Positions 57,501 to 64,000 of a DNA stretch of 64,000 nucleotides are shown in pieces. Both the position numbers and the translations under genes were made by a program. The first letter of the stretch is position 1. Each line of letters starts with the position of its first letter. The notes under the pieces are model-generated. The model was not told where the DNA came from. It searched no databases and saw only the letters and a list, made by a program, of their open reading frames with translations. This stretch comes from a virus, in IMG/VR virus record IMGVR_UViG_3300020442_000509, positions 5,802-69,801 of that record; one strand, written 5' to 3'.

Positions 57501-59033
57501 CTGAGTAAATGGAAGGGTCTTAAATCCTTTCGCTCTCAGTGAACATGAACCGAAGTTAGAGTTCGAGTTGGTAATAGATTGGTCACCACCGTTGAGAGCA
57601 ACGAAGTGATCCGCAAAACCCACAGCGAACACAGACACCGCCTGAATGACAGCATCATTAGAACACTTAACGTGGAAGTTTCTATACGTAGGCTTGTAGA
57701 TCGAGTCACCATCAGTGTGGTTACCAGCGATATACGTAGAACCATCCCACTTAATGAACGCAGAGTCGTCCTTCTGGAGTGATACACCAGTGAACTGTGC
57801 CACAACCATCGACTTGAAACCAGTCGATTTAGCACCATCAGCGTGCATACCACATGTTCCCCATGTGGATCTCAGCGAGATGTTAAAGATGTAAGGAGAA
57901 GCAGAGTCAACGTTGTCAATCTCTACCTTAACAGTAGATCCAGTAGCAACAGGGTTGTTAGCAGGAGCTGCTGATGTTGGGTCCTTAATTACATATCTGA
58001 AGGTAGTAGTTGTAGGTACCTCAGTAATATAATATGAACCGTTGAATCTATCTGCTACGTTACCAGTAACACCCTCAATCTGTACAGGTGTACCGTTGGA
58101 GAAACCGTGAGGTGTGGTAGTAGTAACTTCAGCAGTCGTAGTATAAACACCTTGGTTCACAAAGTCAGTCACAATCGTGGAGACTGTGATAGGACCAGAG
58201 GTGTTAGGACCTACGATTCTATTTTCTTCGACTCTCTTCTGGAATTCGTCAGCAGTGATAACACCAGTAGTATCAGGGATGTCATCAAATGCCTTTGCTA
58301 CCTTCTGATAGTACAGATCCAGGTCAGTAATCGTTAGAGGATTACCTGTGGTGTCATTCTTACCAGAAAGAATATTTCTACCATCAGCATACTCAAAGCA
58401 AGTAAGCTTGTGGTGAGAGAATGTCGGGGGTGAACTAGCAGCAGGCTGAGCAGGATCCTTGTAGACACCAGCAGGTGGACCATCAAAGAAACTGAACTGC
58501 CAGAAATAGCAACCACCAGTTACACGGAAGATTGCTGCTCTATCGATAGAACCAGACGCAGGGTCAGGTACATATAGAGGACGAATCTTAGTCTTTCTAA
58601 GATCCATACCGACGAGAGATGTACCTCTAGGTACAATCACACCACCCTCAGCAGAGTTGAACCTGTACAGCAGGTTGTTAGGGTTAGGTGTACCGTCAGC
58701 ATTCTGTAGTTCTAGGTTAGAACTAGCAGACAGGATGGGAATATCATCGTCAATAAATGCTTGCCCAGTGGTATTCATACCAGGGCGGTTGTCAATTACA
58801 TACTCAGAAGGATACAGTACGATGGTGAATGCTTCAAACGCATCGTTAAACTGACCCGTTCTGTAAGAGAAACGAGCTGACTCTAGTAGTGCCCTCTGGA
58901 TCGTCTTGAACGGACGATTGGGCGAGTTTCCTCTATTCTCAAATGAATCCGACGCATCGAAATCATCTGGGTTTACATATATACAGCGTCCCGTCTTCGA
59001 GGTGAAGACGTTCTTTAGCCTAGTTAGAGCCAT
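54507..59033 (-). CDS. Tail fibre protein (1508 aa)
   Basis: IYVNPDDFDASD..RPFKTIQRALLE N-terminus; C-terminal PSGGSNGDVWYRY. Confidence 0.85.
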   Translation of the reverse strand: MALTRLKNVFTSKTGRCIYVNPDDFDASDSFENRGNSPNRPFKTIQRALLESARFSYRTGQFNDAFEAFTIVLYPSEYVIDNRPGMNTTGQAFIDDDIPILSASSNLELQNADGTPNPNNLLYRFNSAEGGVIVPRGTSLVGMDLRKTKIRPLYVPDPASGSIDRAAIFRVTGGCYFWQFSFFDGPPAGVYKDPAQPAASSPPTFSHHKLTCFEYADGRNILSGKNDTTGNPLTITDLDLYYQKVAKAFDDIPDTTGVITADEFQKRVEENRIVGPNTSGPITVSTIVTDFVNQGVYTTTAEVTTTTPHGFSNGTPVQIEGVTGNVADRFNGSYYITEVPTTTTFRYVIKDPTSAAPANNPVATGSTVKVEIDNVDSASPYIFNISLRSTWGTCGMHADGAKSTGFKSMVVAQFTGVSLQKDDSAFIKWDGSTYIAGNHTDGDSIYKPTYRNFHVKCSNDAVIQAVSVFAVGFADHFVALNGGDQSITNSNSNFGSCSLRAKGFKTLPFTQDKAGKVTHVIPPKKLARSYEAVAGYTFNATLNSRTVTPSPLNSSHGITANQYIRIVTIDSSESYLVESVATDGTLTLNRGYRGATVSGTTVFAGTIDEIPVGYIALDVQKIKANSDQQNQTWTSSTNFAAGSSCVYQGNAYYTVAGGTTGSTAPTWTTAPLARSDGGVTWAWIGAVNTRLYLYGYNSEATKPPFKLQGFNLGARINEVLYVSLINSAGQSSVPQTYQASVTPDNTTSPAASAFTNITAEGYVPGDPNHPLQFDDQLGTWYVRVTAASSSNATTGVHYHLGADNFYATSLFTGAAFMKRIADNRSSRDRTYRLRYVVDSSVLSRDPINGYILQQRNVPTGQSYTGVYYIYDIQKVQELKAGAQNGIYYLTVLNGRVTPSDSNLTGFSFSQNINNLYPTLDKDNPTEDPLVATSVASNVTIGLVTTTDGSGNAAPERSVTKEVIGDWILEQKNNYTNYSTADPATANYITLEARDADAEELNLTTRMIPLNASGGTDLELRRPSILRSGNHTFEYVGFGPGNYSTGLPSVQNRVLTEEEVLLAQSQKEEGGIAFYSGLNSNGDLFIGNTRISSVTGEEESLDTPVLSVVGETANLRPTFDEIIVRDKITVESNTLTTEFKGKFLVQGETTVNDRLTAADVTIGITGESSKNIDVVATSPGSASANDGDWKLREIPVRGQYLGWYWTGAEWVKFGLTDTGNINISGGSGGSDATGDLQLKNGLGLDIQNTGTLNVNNGATTLGSTLSVSDNATFSGDVTITGSIITPSGTSNLLNSNATTVNIAGAATTLNLGATTGTTDIRNNLDVGGDLDVEGGQISVAGQQVLSDNGSGTTTLQRIDALDATTEATIESAIDTLGNLTSASSLNTVGTISTGTWQGTIINRAYGGTGINTSSISNGQLLIGSSSGFALSTVTAGDGISVTNAANSITIANTGVRSLAVSNSGTSISLNASTGALTLTIGSSSNAYGKRTISTNGPSGGSNGDVWYRY

Positions 59034-59038
59034 CTAGC

Positions 59039-60034
59039 TTACGAGATTGAGGTTGCTTCTTCAAATCCAATGAGATTAAATACAGCGCCAGCAGACGCAT
59101 TAACGTAGAGGTTCTGGTACTGTTCCATTACCAGACCTGTCAAACTCACTTCAGAGTTGTTGGGAACAGGATATGATTTGAGGATCTTGTTAGAATCTTC
59201 GGAGTATGCTACCGATGCTACAAGAACTTCAGTAGTATTATCATCTGCCCACTCAGCGGTAACAGCTGTACCATTCTGGTTGGCAGCATTATATAGTGTC
59301 ACAGTAGACAGAGAGGGTAACCACTCAATACCACGTGATTGAACACTAAGTTGACCAGCACCACCAATAGCAGACATGTATTGGTTAGCGAGATCACCAT
59401 ATTGTCCAGAGTCAATATTGTTCTTCAGTGTGTTGTTCTGAAGGTACAATACACCAGTGTTGAAATCATAGTATACAACACGACCCCATGTACCGACATA
59501 GGAGTCAGTCAGGGTAGCACTAGCACCACTAGCGTCACCAGAGATGGTGATGTTAGCGAGAGTTGTTGTCAACCAAGGTCCAACTGGATCTTTCAACCAC
59601 ACTTTCAGGTTAGCAGCATCCCAGCGGCAGACCTTAGCAGTGTTAGTACCAGTCAAACCAGCACCACTGATCGTTACTTGCTCATCAACTTGATAGTTTG
59701 TACCATTGTGAGCACTGACAATAACATATGTGCTACTGGTGTATGAACCAACAGTGAAGTTGTATTCTGTGAAATCAGATACAACAGGTGACTGTGAACC
59801 AGGAGCAGCAAACTGAATGCGATCAGTATAGTCTTGGATCCCCACATCTACAGTAACTGTAGCACCCGTGGTGTTCATCACACGCAGCGAACCACTGGTG
59901 ATTCTAGCACCTGGGCAGGTGTAGATCGGGAAGTCAGAGCGAACCAACGCATTAGGGTTTACAGACCTTTCTACGAGTTGGTTAGCATATTTTGAGGTCG
60001 CTGATTGAAAATTAGCGAGGACGCCATTAGCCAT
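59039..60034 (-). CDS. Virion structural protein (331 aa)
   Basis: MANGVLA..YTCP..GLVM..LYV..FNLIGFEE pattern; within the fibre operon. Confidence 0.7.
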   Translation of the reverse strand: MANGVLANFQSATSKYANQLVERSVNPNALVRSDFPIYTCPGARITSGSLRVMNTTGATVTVDVGIQDYTDRIQFAAPGSQSPVVSDFTEYNFTVGSYTSSTYVIVSAHNGTNYQVDEQVTISGAGLTGTNTAKVCRWDAANLKVWLKDPVGPWLTTTLANITISGDASGASATLTDSYVGTWGRVVYYDFNTGVLYLQNNTLKNNIDSGQYGDLANQYMSAIGGAGQLSVQSRGIEWLPSLSTVTLYNAANQNGTAVTAEWADDNTTEVLVASVAYSEDSNKILKSYPVPNNSEVSLTGLVMEQYQNLYVNASAGAVFNLIGFEEATSIS

Positions 60035-60040
60035 GGGATC

Positions 60041-61816
60041 TTACGAGTATGCGTGGAAATAGATTTTATTTCTGCTGCCAGATGTAACTTGTTCAGCAGT
60101 GATGACTTGGGTGTTGTTGTCCAGGTCAGTCAGATTAATTCTCTTAGCGGTAATAGAACCACCAACAGAGTTAACTGGATCTGTCTCAGCAACATTCAAA
60201 TCACCATCAATACGGGCATTGCCCGCAACATCGAGTTTTTGAGTTGGAAGCTTGCCGATACCAACAGAACCGTCGGTTTCGATGATCATTTCCAGACCAC
60301 CTTGGTAGTCTTGGAATCTCAGAGGAATTGACTGGAGTCTCTTCTGAACAATGAAGTTGGAAGAGTTACCACCAATAAGTGATCCTCCCTCAAAGTATAT
60401 ATCACCTGCGACTTCGAGGTCATATGCGGTAGGTGTTCTATTAATACCTACTCTATTGTTAGCAGAGTCAAGCTTGAATGTGCCACTATCGAAAGTAACA
60501 TCACCTGTGGTTACCAGGTTGTTAATAGCACCAAGACCAGAAACCAGGTCAAGGTTACCAGTGTGAAGGATCTGATGAGTGGTTATGTTCGCAGGGTTAT
60601 TGGGGTCAGTGAGGTTAACCTCTTCGTAGTAAAGACCACCTCTAGTAGCAGCGAACGAAATGGTAGCAGTAGTGTAGTTAGCACCAACATTATCAATGGT
60701 TACGCTTTGGAGCACACCATTAACAATGACAGGAGTTACTTGTGCGCCAACACCATCACCAGTAATTGTAGCAGTTACACTGGGAGGGAGATCCGTACCA
60801 GGAGTATCAACAGTAATACTATCAAGTACACCACCGTTGAGTACAACTGTTGCTGTAGGTAGGGTGTAGGCATTTGCCGTTCCCTTAATACCATACGATT
60901 TGTTCGTACCAGTGAACAGTTGGGTCTCAATGTCGTAGTAAGTAAGAGAGAAACCTAAGTTTCCATTGTACTCATCACCACGAAGTGTAACTGTAGTACC
61001 ACCAGCACCGTTATTAAGGGTAGTGGAGTAGAACTCCAACTGGTTGAACTGCTCCAACGCTTGGTTCGTGGTAAGACGAACGTTGGCGTTATGTGTAGTA
61101 AGACCGTTGGATGTAGTAGTACCGTTAGTGGTAAGGTTACCGTTGAATGTAGAAGTGGCAGCTACAGTCAGGGTATCAATGTTTGAAGAACCCAGTGTGG
61201 TGTTGTTGTCTACCTGTAGGTTACCAGACAGTGTGAGAGATACACCACTGAGGTTACCTGTGAAGGTAGGAGATACCAGTGTCTTGTTAGTCAGAGTCTG
61301 AATCGCAGTCAGAGTGACTAAGGTATCAGTAGCACCAGGGTCAGGGAATACAAAGGTTCTGGTTGTACCAGCAGGGATCTGAGCAGCAGAGAAGGCAATC
61401 TTCTTCGTGCTATCAGATGTATTGGGGATGTTAAAGGTAGCATCATCGATAGTAATCGGTGATCCAAATCTAATAACACCAGTACCAAGTGCCTGTAGGG
61501 TCAGGTCAAGGTTGGCATCAGCACTGTCACGTGCTGACAGAATGAGAGAAGTAGACTGCTTTTGTACCAGCAGTTTAGCATCACCCAGCGACAGACCGAT
61601 AGATCCTTGCGTGTCTGAAAATAGTCCTGTAGATGATCTAAGTTCAATACCAAGTCCAGGAGCGGATTGTGTTCCCCCAGGTACGGCAGTGAAGATTGAT
61701 CCAACTAAGGACTTCTTATTAGTATCTACTGGATCTGAATTATCAAGCAACAGAAGTGTGTCTGAGCTTGAGACATCAGTCAGTAGGGTTAGGTCTGATA
61801 TCTTGCGAGTTGCCAC
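60041..61816 (-). CDS. Tail fibre-like protein (591 aa, GTG start)
   Basis: RKISDL N-terminus, QTLTNKTL, NNRVGIN, KLDVAGN fibre motifs; TATAAATA upstream. Confidence 0.8.
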   Translation of the reverse strand: MATRKISDLTLLTDVSSSDTLLLLDNSDPVDTNKKSLVGSIFTAVPGGTQSAPGLGIELRSSTGLFSDTQGSIGLSLGDAKLLVQKQSTSLILSARDSADANLDLTLQALGTGVIRFGSPITIDDATFNIPNTSDSTKKIAFSAAQIPAGTTRTFVFPDPGATDTLVTLTAIQTLTNKTLVSPTFTGNLSGVSLTLSGNLQVDNNTTLGSSNIDTLTVAATSTFNGNLTTNGTTTSNGLTTHNANVRLTTNQALEQFNQLEFYSTTLNNGAGGTTVTLRGDEYNGNLGFSLTYYDIETQLFTGTNKSYGIKGTANAYTLPTATVVLNGGVLDSITVDTPGTDLPPSVTATITGDGVGAQVTPVIVNGVLQSVTIDNVGANYTTATISFAATRGGLYYEEVNLTDPNNPANITTHQILHTGNLDLVSGLGAINNLVTTGDVTFDSGTFKLDSANNRVGINRTPTAYDLEVAGDIYFEGGSLIGGNSSNFIVQKRLQSIPLRFQDYQGGLEMIIETDGSVGIGKLPTQKLDVAGNARIDGDLNVAETDPVNSVGGSITAKRINLTDLDNNTQVITAEQVTSGSRNKIYFHAYS

Positions 61817-61844
61817 TCTGTCCCTACATAAAGTTCTTCTGGTC

Positions 61845-61852
61845 TATTTATA
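61845..61852 (-). promoter_or_regulatory. T4-type late promoter TATAAATA
   Basis: Exact consensus ahead of the fibre operon. Confidence 0.8.
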
Positions 61853-62273
61853 CTTTTTTCTTGAAGACGAAAGCACCATGAGTGCTGCCCCACACCTGCT
61901 TACCACTATTGTCAAACCCTTGATCTAAGACGATGTATTCGTCAGACTTGAGTACACATTCCGAACGAAGATATCCACCATTGACAAACGGTGCTTCAAA
62001 GGTTCTGCCGTAGAAGTTTCCCGCTTCGTCTCTAAAGAAATGGAGATCAGCAACAGGGTTGCGGCAGACAAGTCCGTCATCAGTTTCCTCTACAGTAATA
62101 TCTTTGGTGCGGTACACTTCCATGTTGTGCTTATACTTCTGCTCACAATGGAACGTATAAGGACCAGTTCTCTTATGTTCTAAAAGAATGTAGGCGAACC
62201 AACTTGGCCAAGACGATGCTTGCTGCCAGTTGTCATATTCACCTTCAAACCAGTCACAAAATTCGTCAATCAT
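61848..62273 (-). CDS. cpeT: CpeT/CpcT-like phycobilin lyase (auxiliary metabolic gene)
   Basis: FEGEYDNWQQA..P..FAYI, DQGFD..GKQVWGS.HGAFVFKK. Confidence 0.88.
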   Translation of the reverse strand: MIDEFCDWFEGEYDNWQQASSWPSWFAYILLEHKRTGPYTFHCEQKYKHNMEVYRTKDITVEETDDGLVCRNPVADLHFFRDEAGNFYGRTFEAPFVNGGYLRSECVLKSDEYIVLDQGFDNSGKQVWGSTHGAFVFKKKV

Positions 62274-62839
62274 AGCAGTTTAATATTAGCACCAATGGAG
62301 ATCCTATCCTCATCTGAGGCATTACGATCCACTCTATGTCTCAAGTCAGCAGGGAATACCAACAATGACCATGGTTTAGGATAAAACCATGTGGAGTCAT
62401 AGAAGTTTAGTTTTTCTTTGTCTTCGGGTGTAGTACATTCGAGCAGCTTGTATCTAGTAAGCGCACTGTCATTCTCAAAGATAAAATTTCCGCAGTTGGT
62501 TGGAGATTGTAACCACATGACAGCAGAGAGATCAACACCCAAGTGCTGATGACCGATATTGTACTCCCCAGGGCTATTAACAGAAGCCCACATTGAAACA
62601 ACTTCAAATTGTGAGGGTGTAAGTTCTGCGATGCTTGTCGCTAGTTCTGAGTAGAACCAGAGAAAGAAGATGGTAAAGTCTTCATTTCTATGTAGATCAT
62701 AAGGACTATGCCAACCACAACTGGACGATGCCGAGTCATGATCTGCCGTCTTTCTATATTCTTTTATCCAATCCAGTAGTTTAGGATGCTCTAGGCATTC
62801 TCTATACACTACTGGAGAGGGGAACAAGCTTATTCGCAT
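62270..62839 (-). CDS. 2OG-Fe(II) oxygenase, TIGR02466-like
   Basis: MWASVN.PGEYN..HQH..LSAVMW..FPADLRHRV..N..DRISI. Confidence 0.88.
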   Translation of the reverse strand: MRISLFPSPVVYRECLEHPKLLDWIKEYRKTADHDSASSSCGWHSPYDLHRNEDFTIFFLWFYSELATSIAELTPSQFEVVSMWASVNSPGEYNIGHQHLGVDLSAVMWLQSPTNCGNFIFENDSALTRYKLLECTTPEDKEKLNFYDSTWFYPKPWSLLVFPADLRHRVDRNASDEDRISIGANIKLL

Positions 62840-63015
62840 CCGTCTTTTTTGAACCGTTTACGACACTTTTTTACTTCTTTCATCTCCTCTTTGATCATCT
62901 GATACGCATCTTCCGCCTTGATTCTACCACCAAGTTCCATGGCACAGATGATCTCAACACGAGTGCCGAAATGTTTCAGTGCTTCCTCAAAACAGTTTAG
63001 TTCTTCGTACATCAA
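62830..63015 (-). CDS. Conserved hypothetical protein (61 aa)
   Basis: FGTRVEIICAMELGGRI..EDAYQMIK. Confidence 0.75.
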   Translation of the reverse strand: MMYEELNCFEEALKHFGTRVEIICAMELGGRIKAEDAYQMIKEEMKEVKKCRKRFKKDGCE

Positions 63016-63272
63016 TACCTCCCAGGCATTTTAGGAACAGGTACACCCCATTTTTCAGTCAATTCTTTATCATAGAACCGTTCACCCAACATCAGAGCTT
63101 TAAGTTCTTCTGCTTTTTTCATATTACAAGCATGATAAGCAATCCAGGAGTCTACTTCTGCCAGCATGTCCTCATAGCATTGACGAGCGGTCACTCCCTC
63201 ATCGGTGAGATAATCAGTGATGGATTCAGAGAGACGGTCACGACGTTGCTCTTCATAAGTCTTGGTGTTCAT
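63012..63272 (-). CDS. Hypothetical protein (86 aa; start revised to MNTKTY)
   Basis: TGCTATACT extended -10 upstream. Confidence 0.7.
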   Translation of the reverse strand: MNTKTYEEQRRDRLSESITDYLTDEGVTARQCYEDMLAEVDSWIAYHACNMKKAEELKALMLGERFYDKELTEKWGVPVPKMPGRY

Positions 63273-63305
63273 AGGATTCAACAACCACTGAACCAGTATA
63301 GCATT

Positions 63306-63331
63306 AAAAAAGGGGACTCGCAAGTCCCCTT
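63306..63331 (-). terminator. Intrinsic terminator
   Basis: AAGGGGACT-TGCG-AGTCCCC followed by T6. Confidence 0.88.
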
Positions 63332-63347
63332 CGCACTTCCTTCACAC
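63306..63347 (-). ncRNA. Candidate ~42-nt late sRNA with a Yfr1-complementary 5' end
   Basis: CTAAATA (63352-63358), then GTGTGAAGGAAGT, then terminator; no ORF in between. Confidence 0.4.
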
Positions 63348-63354
63348 GCTGTAT

Positions 63355-63726
63355 TTAGTTACCAGAGTAAAGGATCTTTTGTACCACACCTTCCACGATG
63401 TTCACGTTCGCGACAGGTGTTGGGGCATAGTGTGTTTTCCACACAGCAGGATAAACTTCAATTTGCTTGGTGATGGTGAATGGGGCAATGCGACCATGGT
63501 TCCCGTTCTTACAGATCTTGAATCTCCCCAGATCCTCAAAATCATGTGTACCAGAATAATCAATGCTCCAGATTCTTCCATTGGGATCGATCCAATATTC
63601 TGCTAGGGATCTGTACAAGTCTTCTGTTCTAAGTTCTCTGTTCCAGAATCCTGGTCCGAGGTCGAAGGTTGAGAAGATTGTGTCGTATATACCCATGTAC
63701 CCTGTGGTGGTGTTAGCTGTGGCCAT
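63355..63726 (-). CDS. Conserved hypothetical protein (123 aa; may start at MGIYDT)
   Basis: MGIYDTI..LRTEDL..EYWIDPNGRIW. Confidence 0.75.
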   Translation of the reverse strand: MATANTTTGYMGIYDTIFSTFDLGPGFWNRELRTEDLYRSLAEYWIDPNGRIWSIDYSGTHDFEDLGRFKICKNGNHGRIAPFTITKQIEVYPAVWKTHYAPTPVANVNIVEGVVQKILYSGN

Positions 63727-63799
63727 GTGAGTGAATGGATTTCACTCATTTTATAACATTTTTCTTTCATGTGTGCCAGTCTTCATGAAATATTTAGAA

Positions 63800-63873
63800 A
63801 GCCAAAAGACGGACTTGAACCGACGACCTGAGCTTTACAAAAACCCTGCTCTATCCAACTGAGCTATTTTGGC
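63800..63873 (-). tRNA. trnT: tRNA-Thr(UGU), CCA not encoded
   Basis: Cloverleaf: GCCAAAA/TTTTGGC acceptor, GCTC/GAGC D arm, loop TT-TGT-AA, GTTCAAGT T loop. Confidence 0.93.
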
Positions 63874-63998
63874 AGTTTAGATGCTAATTTATAGTATCTC
63901 TTCTTCATTTGTTCGAGAGTTTCCATGTCTTCCTTGAATCCCATGTACTTGAGGAGTTGGTATGACCCCTCAAGTTCACTGATCAAACGAAGTACGGT
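63864..63998 (-). CDS. 3' end of a hypothetical protein entering from the right edge
   Basis: ..VLRLISELEGSYQLLKYMGFKEDMETLEQMKKRYYKLASKLPK*. Confidence 0.6.
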   Translation of the reverse strand, partial: TVLRLISELEGSYQLLKYMGFKEDMETLEQMKKRYYKLASKLPK

Positions 63999-64000
63999 GA

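Noticed and set aside
53571-59033. Diversity-generating retroelement acting on fibre tips
   Set aside because: No reverse transcriptase and no template/variable repeat pair noticed.
63435-63443. Single TTTTCCACA inside a CDS
   Set aside because: Isolated copy, expected by chance.

Overview
64 kb segment of a T4-like marine cyanophage (cyanomyovirus); essentially all genes are on the minus strand. 1-39.8 kb is a late structural block: PAAR spike, gp25, gp6, a 4435-aa gp7, gp8, a VrlC-like protein, fibre proteins, and a giant protein running off the left end. 39.9-51.7 kb is an accessory/early island of small ORFs, many with their own sigma70-like -10 box plus a recurrent palindromic upstream site. 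The island also carries a phosphopantetheinyl transferase, 2OG-Fe(II) oxygenases, an SF2 helicase, a ParB-like protein, an HEXXH peptidase and an endonuclease + methyltransferase pair. 51.7-61.8 kb is a tail-fibre/gp38-like adhesin module. 61.8-64 kb holds cpeT, an oxygenase, small ORFs and tRNA-Thr(UGU). The most notable non-coding signals are: a cluster of cyanobacterial-type DnaA boxes beside a T-rich tract and an orphan plus-strand promoter (~43.5 kb); a candidate ~42-nt late sRNA complementary to the conserved motif of host sRNA Yfr1 (~63.3 kb); and several structured leaders. All functional calls come from motif recognition by eye; no searches were run.
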